DNA of 64,000 bases from a virus. The notes beneath the pieces are model-generated. The model was given only the letters and a program-made list of their open reading frames with translations. It searched no databases and was not told where the DNA came from. Position numbers and translations under genes: made by a program. The stretch lies in UHGV virus genome UHGV-0247568; one strand, 5' to 3'. Positions 27,916-38,223 of this stretch are shown here, in pieces. Each line of letters starts with the position of its first letter. The first letter of the stretch is position 1.

Positions 27916-28884
27916 ATGGCAGCAAATTCATTGCGTGAAGCAGCAAATGCAATCGAGGTAGTAGGAACAGTTAAAAAAGTTGAGCTTGAAGAAAAAACAA
28001 GTCAAAAAACAGGTAAAGAAATGATTATGGGTCACATTTTAGTTGAAGTTAAAGAAAGTGCTGAACGTATTCATAATATTAAAGTGAAAGTATTTTCAAT
28101 GAAACTTAATAAAAAAGGTGAAGTATCAGGACTTTATAAAGGTTATAAAACTGTTAAAGATGAATGGAAATCTGGCGATCGTGTAAAAATTACAGGTTCA
28201 ATCGGGTTGCAAGAATATTACTCACGTTCTGGAAATTTAGTTTCATTTAATGAAATGAAAGCTCTATTTTGTAATCGATTGGATGAAGGTGATCAAACAC
28301 CAGATAAAGCAATTGCAACAGTTGAAATGGTTGTTAAAGGTATGACACCAGAAATTGATGCGGAACAAATTCCAACAGGAAATTTAATTGTTGATGCATT
28401 CACAGTTGGATATAATTCAACAATTATTCCATTACAAAACTTAATTATTAATGGTGAATTAGGTCAACAATTCCAAACTATGTATGCGCCGAATAGTACT
28501 GGTAAAATCACAATGAAAATTAATAATTATTCTACAGTAAGTAAAGAAGAAACACCACAAGTTAGCCATGGTTTTGGTTCAACTGAAGTTGTTGAAGATA
28601 CTATTGTAAAAGATTATACAAATAATTTAGAAATTATCGGTGGCGATTTACCATATCAAGATGGTGTTAATAATTACTCAATGGAAGATATTGCACAAGC
28701 TGATAAAAATCGTGAACTTGTATTACAAGAATTGCAACAAAATGCTTCTGCAGCTCCACAACCAACAGCTTCTGGTTTTGGAACAACAGGTACACAGACA
28801 AGTGACCCAATGGCAAGCGCATTTACAAATGCACCGGTAAATAATGAAGACCCATTTGCAAATGGTGGAACACCAGCATTTTAA
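27916..28884 (+). CDS. Putative single-stranded DNA-binding protein
   Basis: Position ahead of recombination/replication genes; acidic/Gly-rich C-terminal tail ending '...DPFANGGTPAF'. Weak. Confidence 0.35.
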   Translation: MAANSLREAANAIEVVGTVKKVELEEKTSQKTGKEMIMGHILVEVKESAERIHNIKVKVFSMKLNKKGEVSGLYKGYKTVKDEWKSGDRVKITGSIGLQEYYSRSGNLVSFNEMKALFCNRLDEGDQTPDKAIATVEMVVKGMTPEIDAEQIPTGNLIVDAFTVGYNSTIIPLQNLIINGELGQQFQTMYAPNSTGKITMKINNYSTVSKEETPQVSHGFGSTEVVEDTIVKDYTNNLEIIGGDLPYQDGVNNYSMEDIAQADKNRELVLQELQQNASAAPQPTASGFGTTGTQTSDPMASAFTNAPVNNEDPFANGGTPAF

Positions 28885-28916
28885 TAAAATAGACAACACT
28901 TCGGTGCTCATGTCGA

Positions 28917-28952
28917 TCTAGAGGAGATGAGTCTCCTCTAGAATTTTTTAAA
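28917..28952 (+). terminator. Rho-independent terminator
   Basis: Perfect hairpin tctagaggagatgagtctcctctaga followed by ATTTTTT. Confidence 0.7.
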
Positions 28953-28966
28953 AAGGAGAAATATGT

Positions 28967-29449
28967 ATGGAAGAAGAAAAAAAATTAACATTAGAAGAAT
29001 CTTTAAAAAAATTTATTAAAGAATCAAAAATGTCAATTATTGATAAAGTTGAAGATGCACAAACTGATTTAGAAAAAGTTATTATTTTAGAACAAACATA
29101 TAATGTGATGATTGAGCAAGCTGAAGCATTTATGAAAATTTGTGATTTTACTCAAACATTACGTAGTGATATTAATAATAAAAATAAAGCATTAGGTGAA
29201 AGAAACAATTTAATGGGAATGGTTGAAGTTGGGCTATTTACAAAAATGGATGAAAATAATAATATTATTGCTGATCCTGATTCACCTTGTTTTGAACAAA
29301 TTGATTGGGACGCTTTAGAAATTCCTTTTGTAAAACGATTAGCTAATAAATTAATTGAAAAATTACAAGATAAAATTGATAGCGAACAATTATTAAATCG
29401 TGAAATTACAAGTGATGATATTAATTTAATTGATTGGAGCAAATTCTAA
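28967..29449 (+). CDS. Hypothetical protein
   Basis: 160 aa. Confidence 0.4.
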   Translation: MEEEKKLTLEESLKKFIKESKMSIIDKVEDAQTDLEKVIILEQTYNVMIEQAEAFMKICDFTQTLRSDINNKNKALGERNNLMGMVEVGLFTKMDENNNIIADPDSPCFEQIDWDALEIPFVKRLANKLIEKLQDKIDSEQLLNREITSDDINLIDWSKF

Positions 29450-29877
29450 TGGAAAAAAGATTTATTGATAGTTATAAAGCAGGTTTTGAACTATTTCAAA
29501 GCGCAAGTAAAAAAATTGCAATTTTTGAAAAATATTTAAATGAAGAAAAAAATAAAGATTTATTGAAATTATTAAAAAATAATTTCACAGACTATAAAAA
29601 TGATTATTCAAAAATATTGGAATTAGGTTCAGCAGCATATAGTCGTATGGAATTATCTCGAAAATTAAGCGAAGCATATCACCAACAAGCTATCGCGTTA
29701 AAAATGATCATGTATCCCATTGACGAAATGATGGAAATCCATGGTGATAATGATTTAATCCGTTTCCGCGAAACTTTATGTGAGTCCATTGTGGATGAAT
29801 TGCAACTCCATGGAGACGTGTCAGAAACTCGTTTTATGGAATTAGTCGCAGAAGCAATGCGAAAAAATCTGATATAA
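29434..29877 (+). CDS. Hypothetical protein (likely start ATG 29452)
   Basis: ORF track. Confidence 0.4.
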   Translation: MEQILMEKRFIDSYKAGFELFQSASKKIAIFEKYLNEEKNKDLLKLLKNNFTDYKNDYSKILELGSAAYSRMELSRKLSEAYHQQAIALKMIMYPIDEMMEIHGDNDLIRFRETLCESIVDELQLHGDVSETRFMELVAEAMRKNLI

Positions 29878-29948
29878 TAGTTTACAAAATATACTTTAAT
29901 TGATATAATATAAAAGTAAAAAGAAAAAAAGAAAGTAGGAATTTAATT

Positions 29949-31019
29949 ATGATTGATATTTTTAATGTGGAACCTGTAAAAGTGAGTGTTAACCCAGCGG
30001 ATTATTCAACATTTATCTATGGTGTTCCAAAAATTGGTAAAACAACATTGGCGTATGATTTATACAAAGAACGTGGTTTATTTTTAGCAACTGAAGATCG
30101 TCACAAAACTTTAGCTGGTGCTAATGTAATTCGAATTACTTCATGGGTTGATTATTTACAAGTTATGGGACAATTAAAACAACCAAAAGCGAAAGAATTA
30201 TATGATGTTATCATTGTCGACACTGTTGAAAATTTATATAATATGCTAGAAAAATTTGTTGCAGCAAAATATAAAGAAAGTACAGTTGGAGAACGAAATG
30301 ATTTATGGGGTAAAGACTGGACAGATTTGAAAAACATGTGGAAATCTGGTTTAAATATGATTGGTGAAGCGGGTTTCGTTCCATGTTTTATCGCACATGC
30401 TACAGAACAAATGGTACAAATTCCAGCGTCTGGTGTTTTAAAATCAGATTTGGAAGGTGCACAAGTTGAATTAAAAACTGTAAAAGGTGAAGATGGAAAT
30501 ACTTTAGAAGTTTATGAATTCCAAAAATATATGCCAGATTTAAAAGATAAAGTTTTTGCTCCAATTAATCGAATGGTTGATAATATTTTATTTGCAAATA
30601 CAACATTAGATGTTACAACTGGTGAAGAACAACGCGTACTTTATTTACGTGATACATTACAATGGATGGCTGGTTCAACATTTAAAAATATTGTACCAAT
30701 TGTAAAATTAAGTGCTGACAGTTATATGAAAGCAGTCGAAGCAGCTTTAGGAACAGTAGATAAAAAAGATACTAAAAAATCTGAAGAACGTAAAGTTAAA
30801 CAAGAATTAGATTTTAATTCAATTCGAGCAGAAGTGATGAAATATGGTGCAGCATTTAATGAAGCTAAAAAACTAGAAGTATTAAACAAAATTAGTGCAG
30901 ATATTTTCGGTATCGGAAATAAAATTACAGATGCTGATGAAAGTCAGGTTGAATTATTAGCAGCAGCACTTGAGGAAATCAAGAAAAAAGCAAAACAATT
31001 AAATATTACAATTAAATAA
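29949..31019 (+). CDS. Sak4-like / RecA-superfamily AAA ATPase (recombination)
   Basis: Walker A 'GVPKIGKTT' at residues ~25-33, Walker B 'VIIVDTVE'. Size/location typical of phage Sak4. Confidence 0.5.
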   Translation: MIDIFNVEPVKVSVNPADYSTFIYGVPKIGKTTLAYDLYKERGLFLATEDRHKTLAGANVIRITSWVDYLQVMGQLKQPKAKELYDVIIVDTVENLYNMLEKFVAAKYKESTVGERNDLWGKDWTDLKNMWKSGLNMIGEAGFVPCFIAHATEQMVQIPASGVLKSDLEGAQVELKTVKGEDGNTLEVYEFQKYMPDLKDKVFAPINRMVDNILFANTTLDVTTGEEQRVLYLRDTLQWMAGSTFKNIVPIVKLSADSYMKAVEAALGTVDKKDTKKSEERKVKQELDFNSIRAEVMKYGAAFNEAKKLEVLNKISADIFGIGNKITDADESQVELLAAALEEIKKKAKQLNITIK

Positions 31020-31129
31020 ATTCATAAAGATAGATTAATTTCTCTCTTTTTGTTTACAAATTAAAAAGAATTTGATATAATATAAATATAATTAAAAGAA
31101 AAAAAATAAAACGAAAAGAGGAAATTATT

Positions 31130-31792
31130 ATGTTAAGTTTTAATCGAGATGTAGATATTTTATTAGTAAAGGAAATGGCTTTAAAATATTTAAAAGAGTG
31201 CAAAGACTCAACTGAAGAAGCGCGAGTTGTTAAAATTATCCAGGAGGCAAATGGTCAATTAAGGCCATTCGTGCATTTGCATATTGTTGAAAATATTCAG
31301 CTGGCTGAACTTAAGCGCCGCGAATTACTTGAAAAATTAGAAACTTGTGATTATCGGAAGATTGTATCAAACCTAAAAGCAAGTAGGACAATTATTCACC
31401 ACCCCAATTTTGAATACCAAGGCTGTGTACATGAAAATAATTGGCGAACAATTGAAGAAAAATTTGTTTCAATTGACCAAATGCTCGATGGTTTAGTTGC
31501 TGATAAAGTAACAATTGAATTAGAAACATTTAACGGAACAAGCCCACATGGTATCGAACGCTTGCAAAAAGCCTTAGCTTTAAAAGCTGAATTGGATGTT
31601 CGCATCGATCATAAAAAATGTGATGAGTCAAGTCCTGAGCCCGTAAAAGCTGCTGACTTAAAAATGACTGTTAAGGTTGATGGTGAAACATTAATCAAAC
31701 AAATGTTAAAAATCAACGAAGCTTGGGGCAAAAATTTACAACAACAATTGGAAGATATCCAGGAAGCACATTATCGAGGGGAAGGTAAATAA
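31130..31792 (+). CDS. Hypothetical protein
   Basis: 220 aa. Confidence 0.4.
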   Translation: MLSFNRDVDILLVKEMALKYLKECKDSTEEARVVKIIQEANGQLRPFVHLHIVENIQLAELKRRELLEKLETCDYRKIVSNLKASRTIIHHPNFEYQGCVHENNWRTIEEKFVSIDQMLDGLVADKVTIELETFNGTSPHGIERLQKALALKAELDVRIDHKKCDESSPEPVKAADLKMTVKVDGETLIKQMLKINEAWGKNLQQQLEDIQEAHYRGEGK

Positions 31793-31793
31793 T

Positions 31794-32048
31794 ATGGGAC
31801 CAATTGCAGGTGCGTTTTTAACAATTTGTGTATATTTAGGGTTTATTGTATTTTTCTTTTTTGCGTCATATTTATTTGCGGCAATGATTGCCTCAATGTT
31901 TTTCGAATATGATTATAAAATAAATGTACATTTATATATCTGTTTATCTTTTATTGCAATCGCGATTTGTTTAACAATGATTGCATATGTTTTAGGAGGA
32001 GTCGATTGGTTAATTGACTTACGAAATATTGGAGTTGAGAATCTATGA
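31794..32048 (+). CDS. Small membrane protein
   Basis: 84 aa, 2-3 TM segments. Confidence 0.4.
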   Translation: MGPIAGAFLTICVYLGFIVFFFFASYLFAAMIASMFFEYDYKINVHLYICLSFIAIAICLTMIAYVLGGVDWLIDLRNIGVENL

Positions 32049-32254
32049 AAGATTTTTTAATTAGTTTGTTTTTTGTAATTTTACTTTTAGGATATAGGGT
32101 TTTTGTTATGTGGATCGTTGCTGCTGTTTTTGCTTATGGATTCTCATTGGTGTTTGGAGTTTATCTTAATGTTCAAGGACTATTCTTGATCATTTTATCA
32201 TTATATGTTTTGTTAAATACTTTATTAGGAAAAGTAAAAAAGTATGTTGATTAA
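32045..32254 (+). CDS. Small membrane protein
   Basis: 69 aa, 2 TM segments. Confidence 0.4.
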   Translation: MKDFLISLFFVILLLGYRVFVMWIVAAVFAYGFSLVFGVYLNVQGLFLIILSLYVLLNTLLGKVKKYVD

Positions 32255-32984
32255 TGATTATAATTTAAAAAAGTTTAAAGAGAATTTTAATAACAAAAAG
32301 CGCACTAATGCTACGCCACAAGAAAAATTCAAAACAATTAAGAAAGAATTGATTGAATGGTGTCAGTTCGATTCCAATGAGAATTTAAGAGTTTTCAGAG
32401 ATTTAAGTTTCTATATCGAGGGTTATTCTTTAGTAATGGAATTCAGAGAAACTACAAACACACAAATGAAAATTCGATTCACATGGAATTTGTCTGAAAT
32501 TACGCCGTTAGAAGTACAAAACTATGTCACCCATTTTTGTAAAGAAATTCTCAATGTGAAAGAGCCCCGATTGACAATTACAGAACAATTCATGTATGAA
32601 AATTTAGGACTTTATTATCCTGAAGATGAAAATTTAGTTATCTCACTCCACTTAATTTATCAATTAAAAAGGGAGATAGTTTTAGCTATTTTACGCCATG
32701 AATTAATTCACCATTATTGTTCAGTTAATGGATTAGGAGCTAGAGACGTAGACAATGACTTTATTTCATTAATTATCAAATATGATGCATATGTCTCAAT
32801 GGCTCCTAATGCGCAATATGCATATAAGAAATTCGTGGCGAATCTCGTGAAAAATGGCTCTGGTTTTGCCTCAGAGGAATTCTCTGAAGACCGTATGGAA
32901 GTTTTGTATAAAAAATGGTTATTAAAAACCAGGATTGACGAGGACACATATGGCACAACACCACATTTATACAGCTTATTTTAA
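32244..32984 (+). CDS. Putative Zn metalloprotease (HExxH, SprT-like)
   Basis: 'AILRHELIHHYCSVNG' HExxH motif. Confidence 0.4.
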   Translation: MLINDYNLKKFKENFNNKKRTNATPQEKFKTIKKELIEWCQFDSNENLRVFRDLSFYIEGYSLVMEFRETTNTQMKIRFTWNLSEITPLEVQNYVTHFCKEILNVKEPRLTITEQFMYENLGLYYPEDENLVISLHLIYQLKREIVLAILRHELIHHYCSVNGLGARDVDNDFISLIIKYDAYVSMAPNAQYAYKKFVANLVKNGSGFASEEFSEDRMEVLYKKWLLKTRIDEDTYGTTPHLYSLF

Positions 32985-33023
32985 TGTTTAAAATATGAAT
33001 TTTATTTAATAGGAGGACACCTT

Positions 33024-33251
33024 ATGTTAGAAAAAGCAAGAGAATTATTAGATGAATTAAATGGAAATATGTATTATCCAGCTTTCGAAGAACTAAAAGA
33101 TTTAGCTGATAAAGACATGGGAGAAACTTTCGCACTTACCTGGTCATTAGCTTATGATAGTCACGACTGCGATGTTTACACTATATCTTTAGCTTATATC
33201 GGTGAAGATGGTAAAATAGAATTAGAAACGGCAGTTAGTTATTCAGTATAG
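33024..33251 (+). CDS. Hypothetical protein
   Basis: 75 aa, RBS AGGAGGA. Confidence 0.4.
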   Translation: MLEKARELLDELNGNMYYPAFEELKDLADKDMGETFALTWSLAYDSHDCDVYTISLAYIGEDGKIELETAVSYSV

Positions 33252-33262
33252 GAGGAATTTAT

Positions 33263-33505
33263 ATGAAACATGAAACATTTATGATTCGTGCAATTGATAA
33301 AGTAGCAAAAATGATTGGTTGTAGTGAGGATGACGTTTTTGTTGTTTGGTCTGCTAAGACATTGAAAAATAGTAAAGCAATTATGTCCGCTAAAGTAAAG
33401 GGTGCGCCACTAATTGAGGTGACTATGGATGGAACAAATGGCGTAATTTACTTTGATGTTTATAAAAAGATTGAGCAACAAAAAGTGTTTTTCGTTCCTA
33501 AATAG
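33263..33505 (+). CDS. Hypothetical protein
   Basis: 80 aa, RBS AGGAGGA. Confidence 0.4.
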   Translation: MKHETFMIRAIDKVAKMIGCSEDDVFVVWSAKTLKNSKAIMSAKVKGAPLIEVTMDGTNGVIYFDVYKKIEQQKVFFVPK

Positions 33506-33517
33506 GAGATAATAAAT

Positions 33518-33745
33518 ATGAAATATAATGGAAAAGAACAATATTATAGTAATAATATGTTTATTGTATTAATTGTTCTACTTTTCATTTTTCTTGGAGT
33601 AAATATTTTCTTTGGTTCAAGAATGATGTATTATAGAGACGAATATAATAATCAAAAAAATTATAATGATATGAGAGAAAGAGTTTGGAACGAAAAAAAT
33701 CATGAGAAGAATGATATTGAAAATGTTCCAAAAAGTGCAGTTTAA
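33518..33745 (+). CDS. Small membrane protein
   Basis: 75 aa, one TM. Confidence 0.4.
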   Translation: MKYNGKEQYYSNNMFIVLIVLLFIFLGVNIFFGSRMMYYRDEYNNQKNYNDMRERVWNEKNHEKNDIENVPKSAV

Positions 33746-33839
33746 AATAAATGGGTATTTTGTAAAAAAAACTGTTTACAAATACCCATTTTTGGTATAT
33801 AATAAATATATAAATAAATAAAAGAAAGTAGGAATTACA

Positions 33840-34052
33840 ATGAAAAAATTTGAAGATAATCCATTTAACTTTATCGAAGATGGAATTTTTATTGAGCCAA
33901 TTAAAAATCCATTTTCATGTGAAGCAGCATATGAAGAAGCTTGCTCTCACGTATTAGGTATTATTAAAGTAAATGAAGAAGTTGGTAATGATGTGACAGT
34001 TGAAAAACAAATGATGTCATGGTTAGACAAATTATCATATGAATATATTTAA
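33840..34052 (+). CDS. Hypothetical protein
   Basis: 70 aa; promoter cassette 33775-33803 upstream. Confidence 0.4.
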   Translation: MKKFEDNPFNFIEDGIFIEPIKNPFSCEAAYEEACSHVLGIIKVNEEVGNDVTVEKQMMSWLDKLSYEYI

Positions 34053-34066
34053 AGGAGGAAATTATA

Positions 34067-34441
34067 ATGGAATTTATTGGTGGAGAAGAAGTAACACAAG
34101 AGCAGCTTGAAGTATTTTTTAATAAACACAATATTGGAGAACCGGGTGATAGAGCGATTTATTGGAGAGCAAAATCACAAATTAAAGATTTTGATGAACG
34201 AATTGCTGATTATTTATATCAAATTAGTTTTTTAGAAAAGAAATATAGTGAAATGAAACAACGAAAAATTGAACAAGAAAATGATGATAAAATGGCTAAA
34301 ATGAATTGTGAAGATGAGTGTAAACGATTAAATAAACAAATTTATGCTTATAAAAAATTAGTATATGTCACTTCTATGCTTAAAGACACTTATAAAAAAG
34401 ATTTAGACATTAGTTTACATTTAGACGATATAGTGATATAA
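34067..34441 (+). CDS. Hypothetical protein
   Basis: 124 aa. Confidence 0.4.
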   Translation: MEFIGGEEVTQEQLEVFFNKHNIGEPGDRAIYWRAKSQIKDFDERIADYLYQISFLEKKYSEMKQRKIEQENDDKMAKMNCEDECKRLNKQIYAYKKLVYVTSMLKDTYKKDLDISLHLDDIVI

Positions 34442-34474
34442 TATAATTATAAAATTTTATAAGGAGTTGAGTGA

Positions 34475-34978
34475 ATGGCAAGATTAGTCAAATGTTATGG
34501 CGAAGCATGTGAGAGTATTGGAAAAAAATGGGAAAAAGATATGTTAGTAAAATATAAAAATAAAAATTATTGTCCACAATGTGCAGAAATTGAAAAGAAA
34601 AATGATGACGATCGTCAATTGTTATATAGTTTAATTTCTGAATTATATCAAATTCCATTTCCAAATGGTTTGATGCTTCGTCAAATTAAACAATTCAAAG
34701 AACAGAGAAAATATTCATATGAAAATATTCGTAAAGCATTATTATATGCAAACTATGTTCAACATGTAAAATTTAGTCCAAAATATGGATTAGGATTAGT
34801 TCCATATGTTATTGATGAAGCAATTCGTTATCATGATGACCAAGTGAAAAAAGCCAAAGAAATGGAAGGTAAACAAGTGGTCACAACGAAGACAACGGTT
34901 CGTAAAAATTTTAACTCTTATGATAGAGATGAAAAAATGAAAAAGAAAATGATTGATTTGGAGGATATTAAATTATGA
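34475..34978 (+). CDS. Hypothetical Zn-finger protein
   Basis: 167 aa, 'CYGEAC...CPQC'. Confidence 0.4.
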   Translation: MARLVKCYGEACESIGKKWEKDMLVKYKNKNYCPQCAEIEKKNDDDRQLLYSLISELYQIPFPNGLMLRQIKQFKEQRKYSYENIRKALLYANYVQHVKFSPKYGLGLVPYVIDEAIRYHDDQVKKAKEMEGKQVVTTKTTVRKNFNSYDRDEKMKKKMIDLEDIKL

Positions 34979-36555
34979 GCACCATGGAGTTAACATTAAA
35001 TCCGACAAGAGCGATTTACAATTTTTTTGGCTCTGTAATGAAATCACCTGATATTTTGAAAGCGCCTGAAATTATTTTAGGTGATCGTGATTTTGTTCAA
35101 TCATTTCATAAAATTGTATATGCAGCATTAAATAACATTATTTTTAGTAATAGAGATAATATTAGTGATATTAGTCCAATTGATGTAGATAATTATCTTG
35201 CAAAATATCCAAATTATTATCGAGTTTGGGAAGAGAATAATGGTGTTGAATATTTAAATAATGCGAAACAAGTTTCAAACACTCAAATTGCAAATAAAGA
35301 TTATGAAACAATTAAAAAATTTAGTTTATTGAGAAATTATGTTGAAAATGGTATTGATGTTTCAGATATTTATGAATATGATAGCAATGACTTAGGTGCA
35401 TTAACAGAAAGTAATAAAGTATTAGAAAATACAAGCATTAATGAAATTATTGAACATTTTACACAAAAAGCAATTGAAATTCGCAACGAGTGGAATGTTG
35501 ACGATGGAAAAGTTAAAGACTTTAAAGCCGGTGATGATTTAGATGGACTTTTAGATCGTTTAGTTGAGAATCCAGATTTAGGTTTTCCATTTCAAAATTT
35601 AATGTATAATACACTTTTTCGTGGAATGCGTAAAGAGAAGTTTATGTTGAGATCGGGTGCAACGGGAACTGGTAAAACTCGTCAAGCTATAAGAGATATG
35701 GTATCAATTGCTTGTGATAAAATTTGGGTCACAGGATTAGGTTGGAAAAGTCTGGGTCCTTCGTTTCCAGCATTGTTTATATCAACCGAAATTGAACAAG
35801 AAGAATTACAAACAATTATGTTGGCATATTTAACCGGAATTCCGGACTCTGATATTAAAAATGGTAACTATGATTCGGCAACACGTAAGAGATTAGAAGA
35901 GGCAATTGAGATTTTGAAGAAAGCGCCTTTATTCATGACTTACATTGAGGACTTCTCAATCAGCGATATTGAAATGAAAATTGAAGAGTATATTGTTAAA
36001 GAAAACGTACAATATGTTGCATTTGACTACGTTCAAATGACACCAAAATTGAGTAAAACAATGAACGATAATTTTGGAACAACTTTACGTGAAGATCAAA
36101 TTTTAGTTCATTTTTCGTCAGCATTAAAAGGTATTGCTGGTCGTTATGGAATTTTTCTTGAAAGTAGTACACAATTAAATAGAGGTAGTAAAGAAATCGA
36201 AAATCGTGATGCGTCTTCACTTCGTGGAGGTTTAGCGACAGCTGATAAGGTCGATTATGGTATTTTAACATTTAAAGTTTCTCAGAAAGAAAAAGATGGA
36301 TTAAAACATATTTTGCAGCAAGGTTTTGGTGGAGATATTCAAAAAACACCGGATTTTTCACATTGGGTTTATAAAAATCGTGCTGGTTTGGACCATGTTG
36401 TAATTTGGACAAAAATGAATTTGGGAACAATGCGTGAAGAAGTATTATTTGTAACTGATTATGATTTTAATTTAATTGAGATAAATGGAACTGAAATTGA
36501 ATTTGAAAGTGTTGATACAATGCCAGAAGAAATTGAAAATGTTCCAGTGTTTTAG
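34975..36555 (+). CDS. Replicative DNA helicase (DnaB-like)
   Basis: 'RSGATGTGKT' Walker A, 'LFISTEIEQEEL', 'VAFDYVQM', 'ESSTQLNRG' correspond to DnaB H1-H4 motifs. Confidence 0.65.
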   Translation: MSTMELTLNPTRAIYNFFGSVMKSPDILKAPEIILGDRDFVQSFHKIVYAALNNIIFSNRDNISDISPIDVDNYLAKYPNYYRVWEENNGVEYLNNAKQVSNTQIANKDYETIKKFSLLRNYVENGIDVSDIYEYDSNDLGALTESNKVLENTSINEIIEHFTQKAIEIRNEWNVDDGKVKDFKAGDDLDGLLDRLVENPDLGFPFQNLMYNTLFRGMRKEKFMLRSGATGTGKTRQAIRDMVSIACDKIWVTGLGWKSLGPSFPALFISTEIEQEELQTIMLAYLTGIPDSDIKNGNYDSATRKRLEEAIEILKKAPLFMTYIEDFSISDIEMKIEEYIVKENVQYVAFDYVQMTPKLSKTMNDNFGTTLREDQILVHFSSALKGIAGRYGIFLESSTQLNRGSKEIENRDASSLRGGLATADKVDYGILTFKVSQKEKDGLKHILQQGFGGDIQKTPDFSHWVYKNRAGLDHVVIWTKMNLGTMREEVLFVTDYDFNLIEINGTEIEFESVDTMPEEIENVPVF

Positions 36556-36567
36556 AGGTGAAATAAT

Positions 36568-37173
36568 GTGAAATTGAAACAAAATAAATTTTACGTATAT
36601 GAGCACTGGTATAATGGTCAATGTTTTTATGTAGGAAGTGGTAAATATAGAAGAGCATATGATTGGCGAAGAGAAGGAAGAAGAAGCAAGGAATGGTATG
36701 ATTTTTGTAAAAAAGATTATGATAATTTAGTGGTTAAAATAATTGGTGAATTTGACACAAGCGCTGAAGCCATTGAATTTGAAAAAGCTTTAACTATTTA
36801 CAATGATTATATTTTAAAAATGCCACTTGTTAATTTGGGAACTGGAAATTCTTTTTATGGAAAAGCAAATTCAATGTATGGAAAAAATGTAAAAAACTAT
36901 ATGGATTATGATAAATGGTTATTAAAAAATAAAAAACAAGGAGAAAAAATTTCTGGAGAAAAACACCCAAAAGCTAAAAAGATCATTGCAACAAATATTA
37001 TATCAGGCGAAAAAATATGCTTTAACACTAAGAAAAATTGTGCCGAATATTTTAAAGGACAATTTTCATGGCTAAGTATAGAAAAACATGTTCGTGGTGA
37101 AAAAGTGATAAAAATAGATAATAGTGAATGGAGATTCAGTGAAATGGCAGGTGAAAAACACTGTGAATGCTAA
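36568..37173 (+). CDS. GIY-YIG homing endonuclease (GTG start)
   Basis: 'FYVYEHWYNGQCFYVGSGK' GIY-YIG variant; free-standing between helicase and primase genes. Confidence 0.55.
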   Translation: MKLKQNKFYVYEHWYNGQCFYVGSGKYRRAYDWRREGRRSKEWYDFCKKDYDNLVVKIIGEFDTSAEAIEFEKALTIYNDYILKMPLVNLGTGNSFYGKANSMYGKNVKNYMDYDKWLLKNKKQGEKISGEKHPKAKKIIATNIISGEKICFNTKKNCAEYFKGQFSWLSIEKHVRGEKVIKIDNSEWRFSEMAGEKHCEC

Positions 37174-37186
37174 AAAAGTTGTTGAA

Positions 37187-37294
37187 ATGTTAAATGACCG
37201 AGACGTATTTGATTTGTTAGAAGAATTAGAAGCGCAACCAATTGATAGAGGAAATACAATCGATGCATTAACGGTGTGTCATCGGTGGACATAA
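37187..37294 (+). pseudogene. Primase N-terminal zinc-binding-domain segment, encoded out of frame (frame +2) relative to primase body
   Basis: 'MLNDRDVFDLLEELEAQPIDRGNTIDALTVCHRWT*' aligns by pattern with DnaG N-terminus up to the first Cys/His of the Zn ribbon. The remaining Cys residues ('QCWTNCGH') are in frame 0 just upstream of primase ATG. Stop TAA at 37292. Confidence 0.45.
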
Positions 37295-37355
37295 ACATAA
37301 ACTGACTTATTACAAAGAAAGTAAATCATTTCAATGTTGGACAAATTGCGGCCAT

Positions 37356-38213
37356 ATGTCGATATTCGATATGGTCGCAAAAGTTATTGATGGTGAATTT
37401 ATAGATGCTTTAAAATTTATAGTAAAAAAATATAATTTACAAGATAATAATTATCAAGTTGGTTTTACATTTGAAAAAGTAGAAGATCCGGGTAAAAAAT
37501 TATTAGAAAAAATGAAAGGAGTAGAAATGCCAACTTTCATAAAGTTAAACTCGGATATTTTAAAAGACTTTTATCCATTTTATCACCAACTTTGGATAAA
37601 TGATGGAATTTCTATAGAATCAATGAAAAAATATAGAATTAAATATTCCATTGAGAATAATCAAATAATTATTCCGCACTTTGATAAAAATGGAAATTTA
37701 ATTGGAGTTCGTGCTCGTAATTTAAACAAAAAAGAAGTGGATGAAGGTAAAAAATATATGCCAATATTCCATGGTGGTAAAGTTTTAAAACATATGACTG
37801 GAGCAAATTTATACGGTCTTTATGAAAACAGAGAAAATATTGAAAAAGATAAAAAATTAATATTGTTTGAATCAGAAAAAAGTGTTTTACAATTAAACAG
37901 TATGTTACCAGATCATTCAATTGGTGTATGTGTTTCAGGCTCTTCATTAACACAATATCAACTTGAATTAATCAAGGAACTTAATATAGATGAAGTAATT
38001 ATTGGTGTTGATAAAGAATTCAGTGAAGTTGGAACAGAAAAAGAGAAAATATATGCTGAAAAAATATTAAGAGTTTTTAAGAGAAAATTAGCACCATATG
38101 TAAGAGTGTCAGTTTTATGGGATTTGGAAAACGACATTGAGGAAAAAGATAGTCCCACTGATAAAGGAAAAGAAATATTTTTAAAATTATTTAAAAATAG
38201 AATATATATTTAG
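37356..38213 (+). CDS. DNA primase (DnaG-type, TOPRIM domain), body
   Basis: TOPRIM 'ILFESEKSVLQL...VIIGVDKEF'. In-frame upstream codons back to 37272 encode the rest of the Zn ribbon. Confidence 0.65.
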   Translation: MSIFDMVAKVIDGEFIDALKFIVKKYNLQDNNYQVGFTFEKVEDPGKKLLEKMKGVEMPTFIKLNSDILKDFYPFYHQLWINDGISIESMKKYRIKYSIENNQIIIPHFDKNGNLIGVRARNLNKKEVDEGKKYMPIFHGGKVLKHMTGANLYGLYENRENIEKDKKLILFESEKSVLQLNSMLPDHSIGVCVSGSSLTQYQLELIKELNIDEVIIGVDKEFSEVGTEKEKIYAEKILRVFKRKLAPYVRVSVLWDLENDIEEKDSPTDKGKEIFLKLFKNRIYI

Positions 38214-38223
38214 GAGAGATTTG

